Source: the human T2T-CHM13v2.0 reference genome, Homo sapiens
Assembly: GCF_009914755.1 (NCBI RefSeq)
Contig: NC_060945.1
Length of the DNA stretch: 64,000 nt
Strand: one strand, 5' to 3'
In this document: in pieces, positions 15,842 through 29,862 of the stretch
Position numbering within the stretch: the first letter of the stretch is position 1
Layout of the letters: every line of letters begins with the position of its first letter
Notes under the pieces: model-generated
What the model saw: the letters and a program-made list of their open reading frames with translations, nothing else
Told to the model about the DNA's origin: nothing
Database searches by the model: none
Made by a program: the position numbers and the translations under genes

Positions 15842-16210
15842 TATCTTAGTCAATTTGGCCCGCTATAACAAAGTACCATACACTGGGTGACTTATGACTA
15901 ATAGAAATTTATCTCTCACAGTTCTCGAGGCTGAAAATCTGAGATCAGGGTGCCAGCATGGTTGGGTTCCGGTGTGGACCCCCTTCCGGAGTGTGGACCA
16001 CAGTCTTCCCATTGTATCTTCACACAGTGGAAAGAGGGTATGACTTCTCTAGAGTCCCTTTTATAAAGGCAACAATCTCATTCATGAGAGCTTCACCATC
16101 TTGACCTAATCACCTCCCAAAGGAGGTCCCATCTCCTAATATCACCACATTGGGGGTTAAGATTTCAACATATAAGTTCTGTGGGGATACAAATATTTAG
16201 TCCATTGCAG
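15842..16210 (-). mobile_element. MaLR LTR (MLT1A/MST-like)
   Basis: tatcttagtc...gctataacaaagtaccata...atcacctcccaaagg...ttagtccattgca. Confidence 0.8.
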
Positions 16211-16849
16211 GCAGAATTCTCAGAAATTATGTAGCCATATACTGAATAAATAGGTAATGGGTTATTTTGCCAACTTTACTTTCAACGAAATTGAATGATA
16301 ATTGCATTTCAATTAATAGATCATTTAAAATAATTTTGTTGTTAGATAATTATTTACTTTTGGCTTACACCTCAGGAGAGGTCAAACAATCAAGCACAAT
16401 TGCTGTAACAAAAATTCCTCCATTTTGTCTGCTTACCTGTAGAAACAAGGCCGCCGATGTTTTCTATCTAGAGATCTAAAGCTAGGAGTAGGACTGATGC
16501 TGAAATTTATCTCATTCTAGCAAAGAATAGTTGTTCAAGAATCTGTGAAATAGTAAATTTTAAATAAAAAGCTATCTATTTTTGTCTCATCATTGAGCTA
16601 TATATCAATTTTTATTAATATTTTAGTAACTATTGTATTTGTAATATTTTTATGACACTCTGATGCATGATGCATTATGCTACATTTTATCGAATCTAAA
16701 CTCCACCAAATGTGTAGCATGCAATTATTTTATTCACCATTAAGGAAATTCAATGGTACACATTAGGCCTTTAGATTTGTTTGTCCCCCATATCCTCTAC
16801 TTTATACCTCTGACCTACTTCTCCCCATTTCCTCTATCCCTCTTCTGTG

Positions 16850-17068
16850 GTAACAATTAATGAGGAATATAGCTAATAAAATTGTACTGTACTTGGAATT
16901 TCTGCTAAATGATTAGATTTTAGTTGTTCTTGCCACCAAAAAAAGGATATTTTTGTCAGATGATGGCTATGTTAATTTGCTTCACTGTAGTACCATTTTA
17001 CTCTCTCCATGTATCCCATAACATTACATTGTATACCTCAAATACACACAATAAAATTTTTAAAAAAG
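16850..17068 (+). mobile_element. Old L1 3' end
   Basis: L1M 3'UTR terminus with aataaa and an A-tail. Confidence 0.65.
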
Positions 17069-17177
17069 AAAATGCAGTGGCACACATCACTTGTTAAATG
17101 CACACAATTTCCAAAATATTAAAATGTGAAAACATATGCACCTAAATATCAATGAAATGTAGTAATAATTATGATAA

Positions 17178-17560
17178 CTGCTATGGGCTGAATTGTGTCT
17201 CCTGCCAAAATTCACATGTTAAAGGCTTAACCCTCAATACTATTATCATTGGAGAGAGGCCCTGTAATGAGGTAATTAGGGTTAAATGAGGCCATAAAGA
17301 CAAACGTGGGGGCCCGGATTTCATAGAATACTGGGTTGTGCTCTCTCTCGCTCTGTCTCTCTCTCCCTTTGCCATGTGGGGACACAGCAAGAAGATGGCC
17401 ATCTACAAGCCAAGATAAGAGGTCTCAGAATGAAACCTACCTTGCCAGCACCTTGATCTTGGACTTCCCAGCCTCCAGAATGGTAAGAAATAAATTTCTG
17501 TTGTTTAAGCCACCGAGCCTGTGAAATTTTGTTACGGTAGCCTTAGCTGACTGAACAACA
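17178..17560 (+). mobile_element. MaLR LTR (MLT1A/B-like)
   Basis: tgctatgggctgaattgtgtc...ttggacttcccagcctccagaa...aataaatttctgttgtttaagccac. Confidence 0.85.
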
Positions 17561-17927
17561 ATCTAATCCAAAAGGACAATTTTAAGACATAGCTTTGTGG
17601 GAACAGGAAATAAAATTTATTAATAAATAAAGTTGTATGGAAAAATACATTATAAATTTATAATTGTATCTTTATGTGAATATTTTTGAGAAGATGCACG
17701 ATAGAGTAGTTAATAAAATACTTATAAAAATATATTTCATTAGTAAAATACTCTATGGGAAAAGGACAATGGAAAGATAAGTTCAAGGAAGAAAAAAGAT
17801 GCAGATTTCTTTTAAGATCTTAAGGATTTTTCAATGAATAGTAGTGCACAGCAAATGGCTATTATACTTACATTTTACTGGTAGATTTTTAAAGTATGGT
17901 AATAATTTTATTTTAAAGTGACAATAT

Positions 17928-18228
17928 TGATACGGTTTGGCTCAGTCCCCAACCAAATCTCATACTGAATTATAATCCCCAGTGTTGGAGGTGGGAACAA
18001 GTGGGAGGCGATGGGACCTTCCCTTTCACTCTCTCTTCCCCGTTCCCCTTCCATATAAACCACACTTGCTTCCCAGTAGCCTTCCAGCATGATAGTAAGT
18101 TTCCCGAGGCCTCCCCTGAAACAGCAGCCTGTGTAGCCTGCAGAACTCTGAGCCAGTATAAACTCTTTTCTTTATAAAGTGCCCAGCTGCTAGTTTTTTA
18201 TAGCAGTGAGACAGCGGACTGATGCCGA
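17928..18228 (+). mobile_element. THE1/MST-type LTR
   Basis: tgatacggtttggctc...ccaaatctcat...gtaagtttcccgaggcctcccc. Confidence 0.8.
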
Positions 18229-20590
18229 CATTTGAAATATGCCAGAAATTATATTCTTTGCATCTAATTAAATATTAATTTCATATTTTAGATACTATCT
18301 TAAAGAAATAAGAGAAGGCATTTATGAGAAGGGTAGATATTATTAGTGTTCACCAATCTCATATTCTCTTATTGTAGGCACCCAAATGCCTTGTATTTGA
18401 TAGGGCCATTTGACAAATTCTGGCCAGTTATATATAAGGGAAAGAGATGTGTGCGTCTTTCAAACAGCGTTAGTGATTCTCTAGTTTCTCTTTCTTCCAC
18501 CGAAGACAAAGGAAGTCAGTCTTTTTGCAGATGATGCTGCCAGTACATGATGGGTCTCCAGCCCCCGGGATTCCTAAGTCACTTTTTAACAACACACCTC
18601 TGACATCCTGCAATGGGCATGTTACATTAATATGTAATAAATTCATGTTGGGAGAAGCCACTGAAATTTTAAGGTTGTCGGTTACCTCAGATGAACTTAG
18701 CCTGGGCTGATGCAGAAGGGGAATCCGTGAGGAAAAGGAAATGAGGACCATCATGATCATGGAACTCTGGGGAAGAGAAAATTTTTAAAGCTGTTTCCAT
18801 GTGTTTTACAGAGGAAAAAGTGACATGAGGTATGAGAAATAGTTAATGAATCTGATAAATTGGAATTTCTTTGATGATCTTACAGAAAAAGGTTTTCAGG
18901 GAAGTGTTGAAGGTTGATTCAGTTGCTATAAATTGAAGAGGGAGTAGGAAGTGAGGCGGTGGCAGTGTGAAATGCCATTTCAAGATTGTGGCTCTGAAGG
19001 GAGAAGTCGAGGGAGAAATTTAAAAGGGAGATGACATACTAAAAAATATTTTCTAGAAAATTGAGTGTCCGTCTGGCCTGAAATAACTCATATATATGCA
19101 ATTTGTGTAAATCCCAATGTACTTGTAGTCCAAATTACAAATAATACCGAGTAATGCACAATCTTTTATTTCTCACCAAATCTTTAATGTGTCTTTGTTT
19201 CTCTTCTCGACTAAGTCATCAGCTTCTAGAGAGAGAACAAAGGCAAAAATCGTATTCATGTATTTGTCTCACAGCAACTACAAGTAACTGGTATTTAGTA
19301 GAAGCCTGATAAATTTGATTCATTGACTAATTAATCATAATCTGTAACAATGTCTTGAAAATTAAATATAATAATATAAAGATTGTGGTTTATATATGCT
19401 TTTCTTATGAAGATTAATTAATAGCATATAAATACCATAAATTTTATAAGTAACATTATTCTTATTACCCCCAAAATTAACAGGATGTACTAAAAGGCCT
19501 TTATGTAATAGATATAATTATAACCTCTAAATGCACATGGTTTTTCCATTAATCAATTATGTCATCTGTAAACATTCAGGACCAAGTCAGAAAATATCAT
19601 CTGAAATGAACAATTATCTGGCTGCTACCCATAGCCCACTTGATGCTACATTTTAGGACAAGCAAGTATATGTTATTCATTTATTCCTCCAGTTACTCCA
19701 CAGTTGAAACAAGCTGAAAAATAAGAAGGCTAATAAGGACTTCACTCTTTTGCCATTGATAGTCACTGAATATAAGAAATATACTATTACAGACAATGAA
19801 TGTGTTCAGTGTTCTGGAGAATTTCTACTAATATTTAATCTCTGGATTCAAAGGAGAGGTGTTATATTATCTCAGGGCACAGGGATGCTCCTCTCTGGAC
19901 ACCATGTATGTCAAAATACTTTGGTGCTTCAACGGTGATAAAATGGAGAGGACTCTGAAAGAGTGACAATCCTGTCCTAAAACTAAAATCTGTACACAAA
20001 TTTGAATATCTTTAGAGAATATAAAATAAATCTGCCCAAATATGAATCTCTAAAAATCAAAACAATAAATAAGTCAAAGAGAGGGTAATTCAGGAAAGAA
20101 GTAAGCAAACACTTCTGATAAACTATTCGGGATCCAGCACTTAGATATAAACTCGGGACCCAAATTGAATAAAGAATGAAAAAATATATAACAATCACAG
20201 CAATACAACAAAGTACACCCAAAAAATCAGAAAGGAGAATCAGCTATTGCTATGCTAAGGAAAAGGTACTTATTTTTAAAACTCAACATAGAAAAACAGC
20301 TCCCAACTTTAACTGAAGTTAAATATGTGATGTCACCCAAGCATAATATTACATGAAAAGAAGAAATAGATCCCTAAAGGGAGAGTATCTGAGGAACTTC
20401 AATAAAAGTCATTCAATCCATTTTGAGGTAAAGTCAGTTCAATGCTAGCATTTGGATTCCCAGGTACAACAAAGAATAGAGACATTAGTTACCAAAAAAT
20501 AATATAATAACTGGAGCTGAGATGTGAGCTGAGCAAGTGGATGAGCTGATGGGTCATGGTGATCAAGGTGTAGAAGTCCCCAGGTAAAAA

Positions 20591-20829
20591 ATGGTAGAGT
20601 GCAGATGGCCAATATCTTCCTCAGCAAGCTGGGCTTCTACATTATCAGCCAAAAGCAGAAACACATCCACAGCTATATCCAAGTCATTGGAAACATCTAC
20701 ATTCGCACCCATACCCATAGCCAGAGCCACAGCTGCAACCCAGTCTCCAGAGAGACCATATTCAAATGAGTCCAAAAGTTGAGAAGATCCTGAGGGGTAC
20801 CAGCCAGAATAGCAATTATTATAATGCAT
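20591..20829 (-). pseudogene. HGT-KAP pseudogene relic (KRTAP19/20-like body, KRTAP8-like tail)
   Basis: MHYNNCYSGWYPSG... followed, after a frameshift, by RLGCSCGSGYGYGCECRCFQ*LGYSCGCVSAFG**CRSPAC*GRYWPSALY. A decayed TATA and GGGTG lie at 20907-20930. Confidence 0.8.
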
Positions 20830-22197
20830 CAAATGAGAACGAAGGATGCCCTCTAATATCCAGAATCAAGTAATCAAAGTTAAACAACACTATCATTTCA
20901 GGGTCATTCCTATCTACCTAGCAGTGGGTGGAATGCTACAAATAAATTCTGTATCTTATTATTTTATTAACTGATTTAAAGGAAATGATAAATCTCATTA
21001 TCTTTTGTCCTCTTATATGAGTAGAGCCTTTGAAATGGGCTCAACAGTACTACAACTTAACCTCAAAGCATATTTAGTTTTCTTTAATGAGTACAATCGA
21101 CAGTCTATAATAAGTAGTGAAAAATCTTTTCTTTTTAGCCCCAGATTTAAAGCTATGTATCTAGACTGTGTTCTACTCTGCTCAAACACACTGAAATTTC
21201 TTTGCCTTCTAATAAAATCTCAAAACCTGTGATGAGGTGAACCTTCCCCAGAAACTAGAAGTTTCTGAACAAATCTCACTTGAGATAGAAAAGACTCACT
21301 CGCTTAGAATGTTGCTGACACACACCTGCCACTTGTCATTTACCATGAAGCTGAACTGCCAGCAGGGTATGTCCAAATGTAGCAATTGCCCACAAGTATT
21401 ATCCAGAGATATTAGCAGACTCCAGCAAGGTAAATACCAACATTAACTAACACTGCCTTGTCCTGAAACCACAGGAGGTGTTTCTCTTTAAAAAGCATCC
21501 AGCTAACAAATAGCTTCACTTGCTTTTTCAAAGTGTGCAGGTGTTTTAATGAATATCTGTATTCAGTAGGGATCATGTTAAATTTAAAAACTGCTAGTCT
21601 CTGAATTGATTAACAACCCATGTATAGACACCAAAGCCCTGCACAAGAGCCCAAATACAAACATGAAAACCCTGCTCAAGAGGCACATCTGAAAATGAAG
21701 GATAGTCCACACTTTAATCTACAATATAAACAAACCTTATCTACTTCATAGTCCTCTGGTCTGGACTTTAAACCTACAAAACTTCCATTCCAGCTCCAGA
21801 GTTCTACTTTCCTAGTTGCTTTAATATTATGTCAAGAACCACCAAGTGCTGATATATTTATGAAGAACCACCAAAGTGCTAGTACAATCAATGATATTCT
21901 CCAGAATTCCCGTGCAAACATAAGATAAACTATTGGGCTATCATAAATAAAAGTTCAAAAAGTGAATAGAAATCATTAAAAATGTATTAATAAATTCAAT
22001 AAAAAGAAAAGCCATGTTGTTTTCAAGGCAAAGTTAGAGCCAATGGTAATTTTTAGCATTATATTCACTAACAAAACATATGTAATATGTAATATGAAAA
22101 CCCAGGTACATTACAGAAGTGGCTGTCAAAATTAGGGTTAGAACTGCATTAAAGCTTGTTAGTATTCAAAGAGCCATTAAAAACAAGATTTGAGTCA

Positions 22198-23588
22198 AAA
22201 AATAACTCAAGGTGGATTAAAGATGTAAATCTAAGACCTGAAATCATACAAATTCTAGAAAAAAAACTTAGGAAAAACTTTTCTGGACATTGGCCTAGAC
22301 AAAGAATTTAGGACTAAGATCCCAAAAGCAAATGCAACAAAAATGAAGATAAATAAATGGGACCAAATTAAACAAAAAGCTTCTGCACTACAAAAGAAAT
22401 AATAAAAAAATATTAAACAGACAACCTACAGAATAGGAGAAAGAGATTGGTGTAAAAGTAATTGCAGTTTTTGCTATTTAAAAGTAATGGCAAAAGCCAC
22501 AATTACTTTTGTACCAACCCAATACTTGCAAGCTACAGTTCCAACAAAGGAAACTAATATACAGATTCTACAAGGGACTAAAACAAATCAGCAAGGAAAA
22601 AATAGCAATCCCAATAAAAAGTGAGCAAATCACATGAATAGACATTTCTCAAAAGAAGATATACAAGTGGCCAACAAACATATGAAAAAATATTCAACTT
22701 CATTAATCATCAGGGAAATACAAAATAGAATCATGATGAGATACCACCTTACCCCAGCCAGAACGGTCATGATTAAAAAGTTTAAAAAAAATAGATGTTA
22801 GTGTGAATGTGGTGAAAAGGGAATGCTTATACACTGCTGGTGGGAATGTAAATTAATACAACCACTATGGAAAATGGTATGGCGATTTCTCAAAGAGCTA
22901 AAAGTAGATTTACCATTTGATCCAACAATCCCATTGGTAGTTTGCTGGGTAACTGCCAAAAGGAAAATAATTCATTATATCAAAAAGTTGCCTGCGCATG
23001 CATAGTTACTGCAGCACAATTCACAGGTGCAAAGGTATGAAATCAACCTAAGTGCCCATTCACCAATGAGTGAATAAAGAAAACCCCATATACACATTCC
23101 ATAGTGTATATATACAGGATGGACTAATACTCAGCCATAAAAAAATGAAATAATGTATTTTACAGCAACTTCGATGGAATTGGAGGCCATTATCCTAAGT
23201 GAAGTAACTTAGGAATGGAAAACCAAATACCGCATATCCTCACTTACAAGTCAGAGCTAAGCTATGGGTCCGCAAAGGCATGCAGAGGGTATAACGGATG
23301 CTGCAGACTCAGAAGGCGGGATGGTGGGAGGGCTGAAGGGAAAAAATTACCAATTGGGTACAATGTATATATACACCATGGAATGTGCATATGAGATTTT
23401 CTTTATTCACTCATTGGTGAATGGGCACTTAGGTTGATTTCATACCTTTGCACCTGTGAAAGTAATGGGTACAATGCACGCTATCTCGGTGATAGATATA
23501 CCAAAAACCCAGACTTCACCACTGCACAATTCATCCATGTAACCACACACCACCTGTACTCCTAAAGCTATTGAAATTAAAAAGAAAG
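22198..23588 (+). mobile_element. L1PB-like 3' fragment carrying a MADE1 and an internal inverted duplication
   Basis: ORF2 C-terminus ([14 protein letters not shown]...DLPFDPTIP) and a 3'UTR ending aagctattgaaattaaaaa. Confidence 0.88.
22444..22523. mobile_element. MADE1 (Hsmar1-derived mariner MITE)
   Basis: ttggtgtaaaagtaattgcagtttttgc...gcaaaagccacaattacttttgtaccaa, an approximately 80-bp near-palindrome. Confidence 0.9.
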
Positions 23589-24512
23589 AACTGTTTTGAG
23601 ACAGGATTTATAGGATTACAAGAAACATTTTGGCAAGTATCTGAATGTGATCTTCCTCAACACTGTCGTGGGTTTCCTCTTTGCTCTCTTGCCCAACCCT
23701 GACTCTTGTCAACCATTAGTGAAAAATATTTATTGCCGCTCACTTCCCATGTGGCAGTGTTTAACCTGTATGTCATGTTACCCAGAGGGTTGGTGTCACC
23801 ATTTTACTGATGGACAAAACAATGTTTAGCTCAACCAGCCAGTCAATTTAGAGGAAAGGTCACTACCATTTGATTACCTTTTCTTCTCACCCTGCTGGCA
23901 ATTGCAGTGTTTTTATTTTTTTCCTTCAGTTGAGCTGTGATATGGGTCATGAAGAGTGGCAAGAATCTTAGGAGAAACAGAATTTTAAAAAATAGATTTT
24001 CAGAATATGTATTAGTTTTTAAAACAAAACACAAATATATTCATAAATGTGATATTCTACAGGAAAATCTATATATTATTCATGGAAATCTATATCCTTA
24101 ATGGTCTATTGAGTGGTAAAATTTATCTGAAAATTTATTTCTAAGCCAGTTCCTATATAATAAGAATAGTAAAAGTTTCTGCTAGAGTGTAGGGGAGAAA
24201 CTATGGACACAAAGACCTAGAGATCAAAATGGTATTAGATATCTCAAAAGCAAAAATGAAAGCCAGAAAAAAAAAGGGGGCAAGTTTTTCAATAAAATGA
24301 AAGAAAATTATTTCTAACCTAGAAATCCAGTCAGTCTATAAACTGTCAGGTTAAAATAAAAATATTTTTAGACATGCGGGATCTCAGAAAGTTTACCTGA
24401 AGAGTTACTAGTTCAGACAAATGCTATAGGATGTGCTCCACCAGAAATTAACAAATACAAACACAAATTCAGGCAGAGGATGATATTAAATGGAGTGGCA
24501 AAGAGGATTTGA

Positions 24513-24819
24513 GGCAGGGCGCAGTGGCTCACGCCTGTAATCTCAGCACTTTGGGAGGCCAAGGCGGGTGGATTACTTAAGGTCAGAAGTTCTAGACCAG
24601 CCTGATCAACATGGCTGAAACCCGTCTCTACTAAAATTACAAAAATTAGCCAGGCGTGGTGGTGGGCACCTGTGATCCCAGCTACTCAGGAGGCTGAGGC
24701 AGGAGAATTGCTTGAATCCAGGAGGCAGAGGCTACAGTGAGCTGAGATCGCGTCACTGCACTCCAGCCTGGGCGACAGAGAGAGATCCTGGCTCAAATAA
24801 ACAAATAAATAAATAAACA
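24513..24819 (+). mobile_element. AluSx-like
   Basis: Full dimer; TSD caaagaggat. Confidence 0.92.
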
Positions 24820-26545
24820 AAGAGGATCTATGCTATGCAGCCAGCCTAAAGGGCAGCAAACCTGATTGGACAGGGCACAAAAGGACAGTGAGCTCCAAAA
24901 AGAATATTTCTAGCGCAGAGATGGAACCAGTGGATTTTCCAATGTGTATAATCCTACAGTGAGAATTTTACAATTCTGTCAATGAATTTAAAGATGGTTT
25001 CTTGGTGGAAAACTTAGGCAGTTATTAATTCATGGAAAGGAAATGCTATACCAATGCACCAAGGATTTGGGGTAAGTATGTGAATACTTGTTATATAGCC
25101 CTGGCTGGTCTCAAACTATACCAATACTACAGTATATACACAGTAAAGACTACTGTGATATTACCATATGGGAGATTGTGAGAGGGAAACTGCATGTGTC
25201 TTGGGTGAAGCGTATGTTTTTTAAAATCCTCATTTCACAAAATAGGAAGTTAGTAAATTATGTGCAAAATTGAGGAAACAAAAAGTACAGAATAAGACTA
25301 TTATGGACAAATGATTAAGTATGGAAAAAGTCTAAAATACTTGAAGGTGGGTTACTACTGCACAGAATAAATCAAAGGTAAGAAGCCTCTATTTTTGTTG
25401 TCTGCTTTTTTGTAGAAGTTACTTTTGAATCATCCATTTAATACTTTTATTATTTTTAATGTTAATTAATACTTTTTGAAGATAATTTTAACTAGAAATA
25501 AATGCTATAAAACAGGGTAATGAAGACGGGGCCTCGGAAAGGTATCTTCAGAATCCATTAGGACATGGTATGAAAGAAGAAGGTTATTTTAATTGCAATG
25601 GCCTAGCATTGAAGAATAACATGTGTTCCGAACCTTAAAAATACTTCTGACATTTGATTTAGTATGCTGGCTCTAACTGGAGTCTAAAATAAGCAAATAA
25701 TCAAAGATGGGGTTACTGATTACTTAGTAAATGTTCATTAAAATATTACTTTAAATGATAAAGAATTGAAAGCATCCTAAATATATAAAAATTGAGTTAA
25801 TATTAATAAAACATGCTGCATTTATACAGAATAATATGGTGCAGTCATTTTGAAATAATATATAATTACATAGGGGAGTATTCAAAATAATCACATTACA
25901 AAGAATACAAAAATTAGTTTTTCTATATTTTATAATTATTATTTTACTAAAGAAATAATACTAGTTACTCCTAAGTAGTGAATAATGTGTATGTTTTTTC
26001 GAACTTTGTTTTCCATACTGTTTGCAATGAGCAATTATGGATAGAAAAAAACAATGAATGTTTTTATTTTTCTACCAAAGTAACTCAGAGTCCAAATTCC
26101 TGTAATCTTTTCTTATGGAGCTAAATTTCTTTTTTTAAATAGTTTCTAATGTTTTTCTCTAGAATATTCCTTAATTTTCTATATTCTTAATAAAATTCAG
26201 ATGATAAAATAGAATCAATATTCTCATAAGAGTTTGAATGATGCTATACAGTGGAAGAATTATCACCTCCCATATGTCCTACTTGTATTAACTCCCATAT
26301 GTACCAGGGTTTTTTTAAAATTATACATCATGTTGCTGATTCATCCCTAGTGTGCAATGGTTTGGTTTCTGAAATATTTCCCCAAGCCAGTGTTTCTCCA
26401 TTCTTTACCGGGCCCTGCCTCTTACTTGTTCCTCTCATGCCAACTTTCACTTTTGCTGATTGCCTTGTTTAGGTAGCCTTCAAAATCTATTTCTAACCTT
26501 CAAGGTTTGGGAATACCACTTGGTCTCACAACACTGGAAAAATGT

Positions 26546-27095
<550 letters not shown>

Positions 27096-28410
27096 AGAAT
27101 CCAGGTTATTATAAAATAAACTTCACATATTTTTACATATGTGCCAAATTGATAAGCTACTTTCAGAAGCTGCTAGATTCTCTATCCCCACACTTCTTCT
27201 CTTTCAATTACAGACTAATCATTCTAGAAGTTTATCCCTACTCCAGATTCTGGAAGAAGTTCTGCTCTTACCCTATTTGCAGAGACAGATTCAAGAAGGT
27301 TTGCAAACCCTATATAGGACAAACCCAGAGAAATCTATTTCAAAGCATTATATACTGTATCATTGTACTTATATCACCTTGTCAAAAAGACAAAAACTAT
27401 AGTGATCGAGAACAGATCAATCACTTTTCAGAGTTAGGGAAGAAAGTATTACTAAAATGGAATAGGACGACAGAGTTTGTTTGTTTTTTTTTCTGGCGGG
27501 GGATGGGGAGGGTGATGATAGAATTGTTCTACATTCTGATTGTTATGGTAGTTACACAGATATACTTAAAAACATATTAAACTATACAACTTCACTGTGT
27601 TGATTTTTTAATTTAAATCTTATTTTATACAGAATTTTCACAAAGATATAAAAATTCTTCATTTATTTAGATGTTCTAGATCATATTCTTGGATAAAGTT
27701 ACATTTTTCAGAGAGCTTTATATCTACATTACATTGTTTTACTACGCCCACAAATGTCTTGTAATAGATTTTGCTTTGATATTGCCCAATAGGCTGGCAT
27801 CGAAATAAATTATAAAAAATAGACATTAGAAACGTATTATTATGTTAATTCTGGCAGTGTTAAGATGATATTTAATGATGATGATAATGATGATAATTTC
27901 TAAAAAGAAGATTATTTCACAAGAACAGCTAATTGGATGAGAGGCTGTGAGAGCACAAAGTTAGGGAGATGGGGAATATAAGTGTTATTCTGGGGACTAC
28001 AGCGCTTCCAGGGTTTGACTACCTGAAGAAGTGAATTCCTCTGCCATTTGTCTTCCATATCTATTTTTAAGGTGTCAAGTTTGCTGATTCAGGAATAAGC
28101 CAAATGTGAAGTGTGAAGTGTGATTTGCCATAATGAAATTCACCTTTCTTGACCTTTTCTATTTAAAATAATTTAAAATGTATTTTTGTCTTCCTTCATG
28201 CAGCAAATTGAGAATACTCAAGAGAATACATTTTTCTCAGCTTTGTGTGTGAGGCAAATACCACCCTGGTATCACTGAGATTTCTTTTAACTCACAACTT
28301 TCTCCTTTTGTTATTAATGGTTTCACCACTAAAGTCATACAGAACACTCAAGAAATAAGCCACATAAACATAAAATACACCAAAACCAGAATATGATAGA
28401 CATAGAAGCC

Positions 28411-28741
<331 letters not shown>

Positions 28742-28744
28742 TAA

Positions 28745-29168
28745 ATTTTTTGTTGTCTAAGTTTAAGGTGTACATGATGATGTTTTGATATACATGTAGA
28801 CAGTGAAATGATTACCACAGTCAAACCACTTAATATATCCATCATCTTACATAGTTACGTTTGTGTGTGTATATATTTGTATGTGGTAAAGCATCAAAAA
28901 TCTACTCTATTAGCAAATGTTCAGTGTATAATACAATCTTATGAACTATAGTTCACAGGTTGTACATTAGTTCTCTAGGATTATCTATCATACATAACTA
29001 GAAATTTGCATCTTTTGACCTATATCTCCCCATTTCTTTCCCTTCTATTCCCCTGGTAACCACTCTCTGTTTCTCCATGAGATCATGCAATATTTTTCTT
29101 CCTTTGTCTGGCTTATTTCACTTAGCATAAATGCCTTCCAGGTTCATTCAAGTTGTCATAAATGGCAG
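28745..29168 (-). mobile_element. L1MA-type 3' end
   Basis: Similar to the L1 3'UTR at 10450-10900. Confidence 0.75.
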
Positions 29169-29862
29169 TGTGAGGAGGATTATAAATTTTAACATAGCTT
29201 CTGTGCATTGATTCTTCTATTTGGCATTATAAACATTGAACCAGAATAAAGACAACAGGAAACCAAAAAGTATTCTTCAAAAGCTAAAACTTTATTGAGT
29301 TGCATAACATGTTGGAGATCCAAGCAGTTAGGTCTAATTTTAACCCCCAGATTTCTTACTCAAGAGTATAATATGAATAAGAAGAATGAAAGAAGAGCAT
29401 CATGCAAATTCACCATGGCCTATTTACTTCTTCCTTACAACATCCATTTAGTGGATGGAATGCTTAGAATAGCAAACCATTAACTTCCTGCAAACTGCAG
29501 TAGGAAAATATATCCTTAAAGAATGAATCAAGAGGAAAGAAAAAAAGTGAAAATCACATTTATATGGCTGAGTTAAGCATATTTATTATAATATGGAAGT
29601 CGGTAAAATAAAATTCACCTAAAGTTAGGGGGAAATCAAATCCACTGGGGGAATGTAAAATACAGTACAGTATTCTATCGGGAAAAACTAAAACTTCTAT
29701 TAAAGTTCAGCCCACAAAGTTCATTATCAGTCTACTTTGCACAGTTCAATACAGAGAGAATCTAAAATTCACATTTTATCACCTGGAAGGCTGTCAATAA
29801 AACATCTCTTCAAGTTTGATTCCTTAGGACACTGATTATAATACAGTTCCCTTTGTCAGAAC

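Noticed and set aside
21834-21880. Short near-tandem duplications (aagaaccacca(a)agtgct; similar ones near 33177 and 43352)
   Set aside because: Ordinary slippage-scale duplications, common in mammalian DNA.
27139-27580. 87-aa and 143-aa ORFs
   Set aside because: Partly an old L1 3'UTR; no recognisable domain or gene structure.
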